Source of the DNA: Octopus sinensis
Lineage: Eukaryota
NCBI RefSeq assembly: GCF_006345805.1
Contig: NC_043011.1
Coordinates: 23,014,464-23,078,463 of the forward strand
Length of the DNA: 64,000 bases
Reading direction: 5' to 3'
Position numbers and translations under genes: made by a program. Position 1 is the stretch's first letter, and the number at the start of each line of letters is the position of its first letter. Below are positions 13,059-25,416 of this stretch, piece after piece. Below the pieces are notes generated by a model. That model was not told the DNA's origin and did not search any database. It worked only from the letters and a program-made list of their open reading frames with translations.

Positions 13059-13100
<42 letters not shown>

Positions 13101-13310
13101 TGTGTCTGTGTTTGTCCCCACCCCCCAACATCACTTGACAACCGATGCTGGTGAGTTTACATCCCCGTAACTTAGTGGTTCGGCAAAAAGAGATCGATAG
13201 AATAAGTACTAGGTTTACAAGGAATAAGTCCTGGGTTCGATTTGCTCGACTAAAGGCGGTGCTCCAGCATGGCCACTATCAAAATGACTGAAACAAGTAA
13301 AAGAGAGAGT
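12890..13310 (+). mobile_element. tRNA-derived SINE (cephalopod type) with internal (TG)n
   Basis: Pol III A box TGGCTGTGTGG, B box GGGTTCAGTCCC, and tail ggcggtgctccagcatggcc...tgactgaaacaagtaaaag. Further copies at 18946-19447, 19490-19649 and 20735-20930. Confidence 0.85.
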
Positions 13311-13324
13311 AAACAGCAAAGAGT

Positions 13325-14945
13325 AGGCACAAGGCCTGAAATGTTTTAAGACAGGGAGTTAATTGATTACATCGACCCCAGGACTTGTCTGGTACTTATT
13401 TTATCGACCTCGAAAGGATGGAATGCAGACAACCTCGGCGGAATTTGAACGCCGCTAAACATTTTGTCCGGTGGGCTAACGATTTTGCCATTTCGCTGTC
13501 TTATAATGATTTCAAATTTTGGAACAAGGTCAGTAGTTTTGAGAGAGAGGCTAAGTCGATTACTTCGGCGCCAGTATTTTATCGACCCCGAAAGGATGAA
13601 AGCCAAGGTCGCCCTCGGCGGAATTTCGAACCAGAAAGTAAAGAGTCAGAAGTACCACTAGGCATTTCTTATGACGTGCTTACGATAATAGATTCGAATT
13701 TTGGCTCAAGGCATTTTGACCGGCGCTCTAACGCTCTGGCCAAGCTCACCGCCTTAACAACGACAATAATGTAAAAAGTTGTTTTAATATTGGAACAAAG
13801 TCAGCAATTTTAGGGGAGATGGATTAATTGATTACATTAGCCCCAATATTTGGTTGGTACTTACTTTATCGACCCCGAAAGGATGAAAAGTAAAATTGAC
13901 TTTGACGGAATTCGAACTAACAATGTAAAGAGCTGGAAGAAACATCAATAGGTATATTTATCTGATGCTCTAACGCTTCAGCCATGCTCGCCGCCTTTGC
14001 AACAGCAATACTTCTTTCTACTATAGTTACAGCAATAATAATTCTTTCTACTATAGTTACAGCAATAATAATTCTTTCTACTATAGTTACAAGGCATGGA
14101 ATTTTAAGCGAGGGTGTAAGTCGATTACATCGACCCCAGTTCTCAGCTGGTACTTATTTCATCGACCCGGAAAGGATCAAAGGCAAAAGCGACCTCATCG
14201 GCATTTGAGTTCTGAACGTAAAGAGCCGGAAAGCAATAATAATAATAATAATCCTTTCTACTGTAAGCAGAAGGCCATAAATTTTTAGGGTGGGGTTAAG
14301 TCGATTACCTCGACCTCAGTGTTCAACTGGTATTAAATTTATCGACCCCGAAAGGATGGAAGGAAAAATCGACCTCGGTAGAATTTGAACTTAGAAAGTA
14401 GCGACGGGCGAAATACAGTTTAGCATTTCGGCCGGCGTGCTGACGATTCTTATTTTCTTATTTCTTTACTGCCCCAAAAGGGGCTAAACATAGAGGGGAC
14501 AAACAAGGACAGACAAACGGATTAAGACGATTACATCGACCCCAGTGCGTAACTGGCACTTAATTTATCGATCCCGAAAGGATGAAAGGCAAAGTCGACC
14601 TCGGCGGAATTTGAACTCAGACGAAATACCTATTTCTTTACTACCCACAAAGGGCTAAACATAAAGTGGACAAACAAGGACAGACAAAGGGATTAAGACG
14701 ATAACATCGACCCCAGTGCGCAACTGGTACTTAATTTATCGACCCCGAAAGGATGAAAGGCAAAGTGGACCTCGGCGGAATTTTAACTCAGAAAATAAAG
14801 TCAGATGAAATACCTATTTCTTTACTACCCACAAGGGGCTAAACACAGAGGGGACAAACAAGGACAGACAAACGGATTAAGACGATTACATCAACTCCAG
14901 TGCGTAACTGGTACTTAATTTATCGACTCCGAAAGGATGAAAGGC
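13325..14945 (-). mobile_element. Head-to-tail cluster of ~8 copies of a second SINE-like family (~150-290-bp spacing)
   Basis: Recurrent gattacatcgacccc...ggtacttaatttatcgaccccgaaaggatgaaagg...cggcggaatttgaactcag. The minus strand has the B-box-like GAGTTCAAATTCC. The last three units (~14460-14945) are highly similar. Confidence 0.8.
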
Positions 14946-15861
14946 AATTTCATATGACACCGCTAGAAAAAATTGCCGTTCAAACCGAAAAGATCCGTGC
15001 GTCTGATACGTTAAAACGACCCCGACGGTATTTGAACTCAGAACATATTCTTGTCAGATTCGACTTCTATCATTCTGAGATCTAGTACATAAATGTAAGA
15101 GAAAAATCGCCTCTTGCGTTTCTTTCTGTTTCGAATTCCAATTACTCAAATAAACATTTTGCTTGCATCATTCCGGCGTCGATAAAATAAGTGGTAGCTA
15201 GTAATATATAAAAAAGACGGTTAGATCGACCATATTTGCTTTTGCTAATAAAATCGAGGCTGTTATGCGTACGTTCCAAATTTTTCCATTTTACCTTCAA
15301 GCGTCACGTAGTCAATAAATTACTACTCGTTTAGGAAAGGGGGGAATATAAGCGTCTACGGTTTTGCAAAAAAAATTTTAAAAATTGTGACCTTGAACAT
15401 AAACGAGACAGACACACTGACGGAGAGTATGTGTGTGTGTGTCTGTGTGTAGGGGAAATGTTTGTTTAATGTTTGTGCGTGTATGTGTGTGCGTACATGT
15501 ACGTATGTTTGAGTGTGGTTGTGTGTGTATTTGTGTATGTATGTGCATGCATGTCTGTATGTGAGTATCTGTGGGTATATAGATGTGTGTGCGCGTGTGT
15601 GTGTGTGAGTGTGTGGGTGTGGGTGTGTATGTTTGTATGTGTTTGTGCGTGTATGTGAATGTTGTTCATAACCTTGGCAATCTTTTATCTTCCTTTAATT
15701 CGAAGGCGTTGCATTGTTTTATAGCTACCGGATGGTGTTTTTGTTTATTTTTCAACACTTCTGATTGGCTATAACTTTGATAACTATTTTCAGACGAAGG
15801 GGAAAACATGCAGAAGTAACAATAAGTTACTTTACATCCTAGTTTTAAATTTAGATGTATA

Positions 15862-15863
<2 letters not shown>

Positions 15864-15946
<83 letters not shown>
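15864..15946. repeat. (AG)n microsatellite
   Basis: Directly visible. Confidence 0.95.
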
Positions 15947-15952
<6 letters not shown>

Positions 15953-17225
15953 CGCGTCAACTTGTTCATGCGCATCTACGAAATATACAAAAAACGTATT
16001 TATAAGGGAACCTTTATGCTTGAACAGTTAGAAAGAAATAGCAGCCAAATTTCATCCGCCCTTTATTTTATTTTCTTCTTGAAAAAAAAAAAAAATTGCG
16101 AGAAAGTCACGCGGAGTAATGTTGTCCCTGGTATACAAAAGGACGTGATGGTTACGGATGGAATACCGTAGTTGAAATATGTTTACTCGATCAGGCTTGA
16201 CGTGGGTTTAAATCCATGATTCACAAATTGACTAATATTTCACTATTCAATGGTGCACCCTCAGATTTACTTCACTTTAGCATTATTACAAATTAAAGTC
16301 AATATAAGGATCTTCACTCGTTGACCAACTGTGTAGAAAACGAATATGAAAAGACACAAGGTCCGATTTTTCCCTCAGAACTTTCAGGAAAATGGATATG
16401 TATTGAAAAAAAAAAACCCCAACACCCTCCCAATTCTATTGCCTTGGCCTTCAAGCAGGCTATCCACAGGCTAGAAATAACAGCCAAATCTTAAATGGGC
16501 AAGACCATTTTCAGTTTCTCAAACACACGATGTTTTGCACTGGTTTCGTTTTCTACACAGTTGTTAACACCCAGCAGGCCGGGGTTTTTTTTGGGTTTTT
16601 TTTTCATTAACGGGTGAGTATTGACCCAAATTAGTACCCACCCAGAATATCCTGAAGCACCCCTAGGCATGAATGCGTGGCGATGGGCCTGAAATATTCT
16701 AGTTTATAGAGCGAAACAAAGCGAGCTGGCAAAATATTTTGCACGCCAGACAAAATACTTATCGACATTTCGTCTGACTTTACGTTCCGAGTTCAATTTT
16801 ACCTTTTTATCCTTTCGAGGTCGATGAAATGAGTACCAAGTGTACTCTGGAGTCGACGTAATTGACTAGCTCCCTCACCTAAAAAATTCAGGCTTATGTC
16901 CAGGCAATAAATAAGTAAACAAAATAAAATAAAATGACCATCCCGAAATATAACAATATATGTTTCAACACACGACTCCGCATCAGGAATCTTGCAAAAC
17001 GAATTGGTAAAAAGATTATTAAAGAGAAAAATGAAAATGCATCTATATCAACGGTTCTCAGTCATTTTAAAAAAAAATTATGAACCCTTTTGATTACCAT
17101 TTTATTCTTGTAGACCCCCATTACCATTCGATGTTTAAAAACTAGTTTTAATATCCTTAAATCCTTAAAAATGTTTTAGCCCGAAGGCCGCGGCCATGCT
17201 GGGGCACCACCGCTGAACTGTGCTA

Positions 17226-17344
17226 TGCTTACTGCACCTAGGTTTCCCAAGCGGTCACCCATCTAAGTACTGACTAGGCTCGACGTTGCTTAACTTCGGT
17301 GATCAGACGAGAACCGATGCTTTCAACGTGATATGGCCGTAAGC
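17226..17344 (-). rRNA. Full-length 5S rRNA-like sequence (119 nt), probably the head of a retroposed 5S-derived SINE or a pseudogene
   Basis: GCTTACGGCCATATCACGTTGAAAGC...GATCACCGAAGTTAAGCAACGTCGAGCC...AGTACTTAGATGGGTGACCGCTTGGGAA...GTAAGCA. No oligo-T terminator follows directly. Confidence 0.88.
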
Positions 17345-17734
17345 CATATGTTAATTATTTCAAAATTCCCAATTTCATTTTCACACGTTCGCTTGTATAG
17401 GTTTGCCATAGCACACTCTGAAAGAACATGATTCATAAGCTGGAAACATGTTGAATTCAGATAAAAATGTTATTGCTTGATACCCTATTAATAACTGGGG
17501 GATGTTACAGAGTCAAAAAATTGCTCCAGCTTATAATATTCAGACTGAAATTTTTACTTTATTTGTGGATTACATAAACAACATACATCCTTGACACAAA
17601 CAACTAATTTAGTCACGTTGTTTTTTACAAGACTAATTAGAATATATTTAGCTGTTTCTTGCGATAAATCCATCTAAAGCAAATTTTTTCTTCTGGACGC
17701 TTAAAATACAACTGTAAACTCTCAATTTACTGTT

Positions 17735-17781
17735 TTGCTTGCATGAACCCTCCAAATTCGCGGTTCAACTATCGCGGATTT

Positions 17782-17876
<95 letters not shown>

Positions 17877-18311
17877 CATATATATATGAACGCCTAAAAT
17901 TTTTCATTAAATCCATTAAAATATTAATAATAAATATTATTTCCTAGTCTAGGAACAACAAAACAAGCGTAAAATAGCAAAAAAGCATATACAGGGGTAT
18001 TTAAACTTATGACGGGCTGTGATTGGTGCAATGGAGAGAGACGACAAATCACAGCTTTCTATTTTGTAATCCGGCCTATGTAACAGTAACAATCTTTATT
18101 TTTGTAAATCTAAAGTGTTATTGCTTAACAGTTGTCCTTGTTATAAATAGACTACTGTAATGGGTGGGTTGTTAACAGTACAGGGAGGGTTTTAAAAGTC
18201 CAAATACACGTTAAATAAATACTGTAAATATGGTGTCCCTACTTCGCGGAAATTCAGTTATCGCGGCCGGTCTTGGAACCAATCTACCGCGATAAACGAG
18301 GGATCACTGTA
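17735..18311. mobile_element. Tigger/pogo-like MITE remnant nested in the hAT MITE
   Basis: Right end ccgcgataaacgagggatcactg-TA. Repeated tcgcgg subterminal motifs. Left end degenerate. Confidence 0.55.
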
Positions 18312-18945
18312 TAGAGATCCCCTCCCTCGCCCGAAGTCATATGGACCCCTGTTGAGAACCGCTGCTCTATATTATCCTTCTGTCTTCGCCATGATAAGGA
18401 GACTTGTTTAAAACCATTTTAGTTTTGTTAAACTTGACCATTTGTTTGCCCCTTTTCAAGCGTTAGAGCCCAGCATGATGGAAAACGTGGTGAATAGACT
18501 GTCCCTTCGTCTGATAGACGCTGGTCTAAATAAACATCAATAATAGAAATGCATATACGTTCTTCCCGTTCACTTCTATACATTTTTACATTTCCGCGCA
18601 ACTAACTACGCAGCAACAAGCAAACTTTCTCTGTCTCTATCTCTGTCACGCACACACAAATACGCACTCGCATACACCACACACGCACATTCACACATCA
18701 CACTATACATACACGCACGCAAGCGCAAGCACACACACACACACACACGCTTATCTTTCATCGAGGAAGTGAGAGGGAGAGGAGATATATGTTAATAATT
18801 GCCGCTATGAAGTCAGTGGTGAAAGGTGGTCCATAATGTCAAGGCCTTCATCTGAGTAAATAAATGGCTGAATTTACCTTTTTCTCTCTTCATATTTCCG
18901 AATCCAAAATCCAACCGGGCGTCTCTCTTTTACTCACTTTTTAAT

Positions 18946-19447
18946 CTTTTACTTGTTTTAGTCATTTGACTGCGGCCATGCTGGAGCACCGCCTTTAGTC
19001 GAGCAAATCGACCCCCCCCAGGACTTATTCTTTGGAAGCCTAGTACTTACTCTATCGGTCTCTTTTGCAGAACCGCTAAGTTACGGGGACGTAAACACAC
19101 CAGCATCGGTTACCAAGCGATGTTGGTGGGAGGCCAAACACAAACACACAAACATACATACACTCACACACACACACACACACACATACACACACACACA
19201 CATATACATACATACATACATACATACATACATACATACATACATACATACATACATACATACACACACACACATACATACATACAACGGACTTCTTTCA
19301 GTTTCCGTCTACCAAATCCACTCACAAGGCTTTGGTCGGCCCGAGGCTATGGTAGAAGACATTTACCCAAGGTGCCACGCAGTGGGACTATACCTGGAGC
19401 CATGTGGTTGGTAAGTAAGCTACTTACCACACAGCCACTCCTGCGCC
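18946..19447 (-). mobile_element. tRNA-derived SINE, same family as 12890-13310
   Basis: Reverse-complement match along its length. Confidence 0.85.
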
Positions 19448-19489
19448 TACATATATATACATACATATATAATAAATAGATATTAAACA

Positions 19490-19649
19490 CAGTCACAAAC
19501 ACATACACACACACACATACATATATAAATATACATATATACGACGGGCTTCTTTCAGTTTCCGTCTACCAAATCCACTCACAAAGCTTTGGCCGGCCGA
19601 GGCTATAGTAGAAGACACTTGCCCAAGGTGCCACGCAGCCACTCCTGCG
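19490..19649 (-). mobile_element. Internally deleted partial copy of the tRNA-derived SINE
   Basis: The head is joined ccacgcag|ccactcctgcg, deleting the B-box region. Confidence 0.75.
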
Positions 19650-19851
19650 ATTTAAAAGCCAACGGTTTGAAATGAAAAAGAAAAACAACTCAAGTACCAC
19701 TCAAGTAAGGAAAACATCATTACATTTTACTCTACTTAACATGAGGGTACTCAGCTACAGCCCTCATTATCACTGAGAATCTCTCTTGACGAAAATACAC
19801 CCTTAACATAGCTAGGAGTGCATTTCAAAGACTGGACAGAAACGTTTAGCA

Positions 19852-20165
19852 CAGTGATTCTCAACCTATTTTTTGCTTGTGGACCCCTTTGATAACTATT
19901 CCATTCTGGTGGACTCCTGTAGCCATTCGATGTTTAAAAGCCAGCTATATAGATGCTTCTTTCAAAATTCTTATTTTGTTATTCACACATTAATTTGTGT
20001 AGGTTAAACTATGTAAAGCATTAAAGAAAGAAACCTAGCCTTTTCGTGCCATAAATACATCTAAAACAAAATTGTTTCATGGTCCCGCTCAATAAATCTC
20101 CAATTGACTATATTCCTTGCGTGATCCCCCAAATCTTTTACATGGAAACCGGTTGAGAACCACTT
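19852..20165. mobile_element. hAT MITE, uninterrupted relative of 17049-18364
   Basis: TIRs cagtgattctcaacc / ggttgagaaccact. Shared internal ccattcgatgtttaaaa and ttcaaaattc. Confidence 0.75.
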
Positions 20166-20482
20166 TTCTAGTATGTGTCGAAAACGCCTAACATATGCTG
20201 GCAATAATTCCCCTCCGAAAATGCTGTATTTAGATTCGTTTGTAGAAGAAAGACAACTGTTCCAGCATACCTCTGACTCTGGGCTAGAAAATATTCCAAC
20301 CCTCAACAATTGTTAAAGTAGTTGTATACTGTCAACTTAATGTGACAGTCCCATGAAGGGGGAAATATTATTGCTATTTAGCCCTACGAAGCAGCAACGC
20401 TTCCTGTCGGCCTTGACACATTTCCTGTGTCCTTATGTTTACAAGGGGGAGATAAGCACTTCCACCCAGTTAAGCATGCATT

Positions 20483-20521
20483 CAGAGACTAGTTTCTGAG
20501 TCTTTGCTCGTCATCAGCCTG
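20483..20521 (-). ncRNA. Minimal type I hammerhead ribozyme with canonical core
   Basis: Minus strand cagg-CTGATGA-c-gag-caaaga-ctc-a-GAAAC-TA-GTC-tctg. Palindromic stem III ACTAGT. Flanked by a perfect 14-bp IR (20432-20445 / 20561-20574). Confidence 0.7.
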
Positions 20522-21029
20522 GAGTAGCATGGCCTGCTAGTTGGAGATGCCCATCTAGCTCTTGTAAACATAAGAATTCTAGTAAAATACATTCACTGAT
20601 TTCAAAAATAGAAATAATACATTTCAAAATCTCTCAGAGAGATTTAGTTCTCTACAAAATTCAAGTGAAGTTCACAAAGGCCGCCTTAGTATCATTATAG
20701 GCCTTGGGCAACTCATGCAGTGGGTTCTTTTATCTCTTACTTGTTTCAATCATTAAACTGTGGTCATGCTGGGGCACCACCTTGAAGAATTTTAGTCGAA
20801 TGAATCGACTATAATAATTATTTTTTAAAACCTATTACTTATTGTACCAGTATCTCTTGCCGAATCGCTAGGTTACGAAGACGTAAACACATCAACAACG
20901 GTTGTCAAGCGGCGGTGGGGGACAAACCCCGAAAAAAATGAAAGGTAAAGTCGAGCTCGGCGGAATTTGTGTATATGCATGTCTATGTGTTTATGCATCT
21001 GTGAATCTGTGCGTTTGTGTGATTGTGAG

Positions 21030-22066
21030 TCTGTATGTTTACTTGGTGATATTCTGCTTTTATCCTCTTTCCTCGGTGATCCCACTTGTCCCTGTGCTTC
21101 GTATTTCTTTCCTTGTTCAGCTCTCGGCGATGAGCCCCTCCTTTCTCTCTTCCTTGACTTCTACAAACTCGGCTTTCTGTTCCTCTTCCTGTGTCTGTTT
21201 CTTCCCCTCTATCACGCCTTCTTGCGTTTCCATTGTTATTTTCGGGCATCTTCTTCTAAAGTGTCCTCTTACGCCACATTCATAGCACTCTGGAGGTCTC
21301 CCTTCTAACATTACATCCAGTTTGTTTCCGTTCAGCAGTTCTAGTGTCTCCGGCATTGTATCATATAGACTCTGACTTCTCGTGAAAATAACCTCTAAAC
21401 CAATTTACTTATTGGGTTCTGGTTACCACAAGAAAACTCACATCTTCATTGTCTTCTTTTTCTGCAGTAAAAATTGCTGCCAGTAGCCAGTCTGGCTCAA
21501 TTCTCGGCGGGATCCTGCCCACCCTAATCCTCATTGGCCTTTTACCCTGATGATTGGGTAGAAACATCCATTCTTTTCCAGTTATCGTCTTATTGGCGTA
21601 TTTATTTTCTGCCTCTTCCGATACAGATTTGACCTCTACAATCGCGTAGTTCTTTCCTTTTGTAAAAAACGATATATTTTCTTTTAAATCTTCTAAGCAT
21701 TCCTCCACCTCCTCCTTCGTTGTGTTTTCCAATCTATTTTTCCTTGAAAATGATCTGTATTCCACTACTTTGTTTTTTATTTTCATCTTGTCTTCATCTG
21801 ATGGGGCCAACTTTACGTTTGGCCCCTCTCTTTTCACCATATTTTGATATTTCTCAAGTCTCTGAAACGTGTCTGAATCGCAACGTATTTCAAATTGTTT
21901 CAACGAGCTCGGGACAACAGAAGCCTGACTCCCCGTCGCTGCTGCATATGTTTTCATTTTTTCATATTAAGAAGCACAAAATAACACACAATCACTCTCC
22001 CAAAACAATATAACAACCCAAACGGAAACACGGAAAGAAACCTGAGTGCCGTAACCGACGGAGTTG
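21030..22066 (-). pseudogene. Non-LTR retrotransposon ORF1 (gag-like, CCHC knuckle) with 5' UTR, disrupted
   Basis: MKTYAAA... ORF 21957-21409, then a frameshifted piece with CYECGVRGHFRRRC (CX2CX4HX4C) followed by an E/K-rich region. Tx1/L1-like by inference. Confidence 0.7.
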
Positions 22067-22067
22067 A

Positions 22068-22540
22068 TTTTTTTTATAAGCCACAAGGGGCCAACGAAGA
22101 GGGGACAATACAAAAACATGTGGTGACATATAAAAACGAAAAAAAAATTTTTTTTAATTTAAAAATTTAAAATTAAACTGTGATGTACATGAAAGATCCA
22201 ATGAAAATGATAATAAAAATGAGTTACTTGCCCCACCTCAAGCAGCATCACTTGCTTCCTTTATCTTTTAAATTCCGAGTCCTTTAAAATGTCTATACCA
22301 TATTTCTCGGTCAGCTCCTCGTACTTTATATTGTCTAGTATCGTCTTTAAATCACATATCGCCTTACAACACCTCTTGAATTTCAATATCTCGTCTTTTT
22401 GGCTTTCGGATACCCGATCACATGAGTGCCATCCATCAATGTTTGTTCATCCCTTGACATGGACAAATCTTGCAGTCTTCCATTTTGTTTTCTTATTGAG
22501 CAGTTCCTTGTCCACACCTTCAATTAAGTTCCAATAAAAA
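22068..22540 (-). mobile_element. 3' end (ORF remnant, 3' UTR, A-tail) of a LINE-like element abutting the ORF1 copy
   Basis: Minus-strand reading ...KYEELTEKYGIDILKDSEFKR*, then gtcccctcttcgttggccccttgtggcttat(A)8. Confidence 0.5.
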
Positions 22541-22647
22541 TAAGTAACAGTAATGTGTTGTTGTTTGATTCTTCCTGAGATATACCTGGCTCATAAGGGC
22601 CGGTTTTCCCAGTTTCATTTGCGTATATGTTCCCCACCTGTACGGGA

Positions 22648-23182
22648 CGCGAAACTTTTTTCCCGCGAGAGTTTCGGACTCCAGAATGAACTCATTTGCA
22701 TACAGCCAATCAGAGTTCGCCTAAACCTTGTCAAGTTAACAAACACACTCTACCAAGTAAACTCAAGACGAAGAACAGTATTGTAAGTCGACCGATCACC
22801 AAGCTATGCCTGATTTTAGGAGACAAGTAATTAGATAGATTTGCAGTTATTATCGGATTTTGTTAGGGAACCATATGGTAAAGATATGGATGGGGAAAAT
22901 GTGGGCAGAGGGTGATGTGCTAGCAACCCTTCCCCCTTGCAGTTTTTTTACAAATAAACAACACATATAACTACGCAGAGACAGCTATGGTAAGAACAAG
23001 AGCAACAAACATTCTCAGAAGAAAAAAGAGGCATGGTCATTCCTTACCCAAGTGACCTTATCTTATCGACCATCACTTGTTATGCGCTCATAAATTAGTT
23101 TGATAGTTGAGCTCTGATTGGTTGCATGCAAATGAGTTCATAACTGGGGTCTGGAACTCTCGTGGGAATAAAAATTTTCGCG
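22648..23182. mobile_element. MITE with ~70-bp TIRs inserted in a SINE-like fragment
   Basis: cgcgaaa...gaactcatttgcatacagccaatcagagttc vs gagctctgattggttgcatgcaaatgagttc...tttcgcg. Confidence 0.75.
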
Positions 23183-25416
23183 GACTGGGCGCCGGTCCAT
23201 CGTAGATGAGCTGCTAGATGTTGGAGGAAAGAGTGGTGGCGAAAAAGCCAGAAGTTCTTATTGAGTGTAGAGAAATTAAACTGCTTAAGCTAAATTTAAC
23301 TACAAGGGTCAATAATTAATAGACAAGTAGTGAAATTGTTATGAAATTTCCATTGCTTTGACAAGAAGTAAAAATACATTTCATTGTCAACCACAACGAT
23401 CTTACTGAATAAATACAATACAAAGATAATAAAATGTATTTTTATTTTAGATTTTCCCTCTCAAAAAATCTGTGGTGAATCTTGCAGGTATGAAGTGGAT
23501 TCGATCCACCATAGCCAAATTTAAATTAACAGTTCAACAGAACTTTTCTCACGGTGGAACACTGTTTTTTTTTTCAGTGACAGCAGTTTTACATATGCCA
23601 AATGCCTTTAGCTACGCCGAAATAATGCTTTCACAACTTGACCCTTATAACTTCTTCTACTTCGCCAAAAGCTAGAATAGAGGTATCACAGTACCACCAA
23701 CGAAGCCTATTGTTCTTGACGATATGTCTATCCTTCTGGATAGTTATAAAAGCAAGAACCCCAAGCAAAAATCAGTAGTCACTTGGTGACAACTCAATCA
23801 GTTAGGGAACGGACTGCTAGAATCATGATCACAAGCAAGGCAGCTACTAAAGACAATAGTCAGACAGAGAAATGAAATTTACTGTCAGAAACTGTGAGAC
23901 AACGTCCCATAACCCTACAACTTTCACTAGCTCTATATCTGTTATCTTACACCATTCTATCGGCGGCTTACTGCTAAGAAAACGTGTACACAAAATTATA
24001 CAAAGAAAATTTCTACCACATCTAACTTTCTTTCGCATACTCTCGGATTTTATAACCTGCCCGACGCGGCAAGGTATTTTCAGCGTAACGGTAAATAAAT
24101 ACTTTCTTAAAACGTCACGCATTGTTCATCTTTCACATCCTACAGCATGCCGTTATAACAACAATTTTTTATCGTTACAACTGTTGACTCTGATATTTCA
24201 TATTATTGTGTGCCTAATTAAAGGTACAAATCCTTTTATAAACGTTATTTCTCTGGGTATCGACAGAAGTTTCTTGTGCGTGTTGTATCAGAAAAGTAGT
24301 GAGTGATTATAAATGGTTGTTTTAAAGAAATAGAATAATGTGCAATTAACAGATACTGATATTCTTATGAAGTTTATGTTAATGGTCGAATGCAGGTTAC
24401 CTTTCAACAAAATTTTTTAGGTTTTTTTTATTATTATAAATTTTTCTCCAAAAATTGTTTTCATACCAATTATCTATTTTCACAGAAAAAAAAACGTTCC
24501 AGTGAGGTGGGCCTATCTAAAAAAAGGTTTGAAAACACTGGTGTATAATACGACATATGATATTCATATGAACGGGTGAAAATCGAAAGAGATTTAAGTC
24601 GAACTTTTGACAATAACGTATACCTTAGTAATTATCCTCAATAAATTTGTCATAACTATAAAAATGATCCAGAGACCATATCAGTTTTGCATCGCCTGCT
24701 CAGTCCCTTAGGAATATCCATTTCAACCAACCATAAAATATGCTTGAAATACGTGACAAAAGACAGAAATACTGCTTGGTCTCCGCAACGTTTGACCTGA
24801 AATTTAAGTGCAATTATTCATTACAGTTACTATTGACTGTTCGTGGTGTTTCATTGTTGCTGGGCAATACACGACAGCGAATAATAAATATACTATTAGG
24901 TACAAGTATGACAAATATAGAACTGTGTATTTCACTTTACATCAAAATATATTTTACATGTATGGATCTTTCTTAATCGTGTACAGATGAAGTGGACATC
25001 AGGCTAATGCTACATCAACTACAATCTCCGTTTATCTTTACTTCTTCTCACGATTCTCTCTTCGTGTGAATAAAATGCAGTTTTAGCCGTCAATTATTCC
25101 ATTGTTAGGGATATAAAACATGATATTAGACAAACTATGCAGTTGCATACCATCTTCACTTGAGACAAGTGGTAAGCTGAACCTAGTTTGTGCAAAGTGG
25201 TTGTTAACATCGCCCTTTTTTAATAAGAATTAACATTTATGCCGGAACTCTGAAGAAGGACCTACTTGGAAAAATATTGAAGTTAATCACATCATAGAGT
25301 CAACTCCACCTATTGAATTATGGAAATTGAATTGGTTCTTTTATGCTACGTGCTGAAAATAAACAAAATTCTACTGCGTTTGCTGTGTGAATTTTTTTAT
25401 TTTGATATTGGCTTCA

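Larger units (their letters stand above)
17049..18364. mobile_element. hAT MITE (host of nested insertions)
   Basis: TIRs caacggttctca / ttgagaaccgctg. 8-bp TSD atctatat (17041-17048) / ctctatat (18365-18372). Body matches the uninterrupted relative at 19852-20165. Confidence 0.8.

Noticed and set aside
16474-16486. 13-nt match gaaataacagcca between the flank and the satellite monomer as a source of the satellite
   Set aside because: Too short and AT-rich, with no extension on either side.
23472-24540. ORFs 23847-24306 and a lone hAT-like end (tttgaaaacactg at 24528-24540)
   Set aside because: No recognisable protein motif, and no matching left TIR or TSD could be established.
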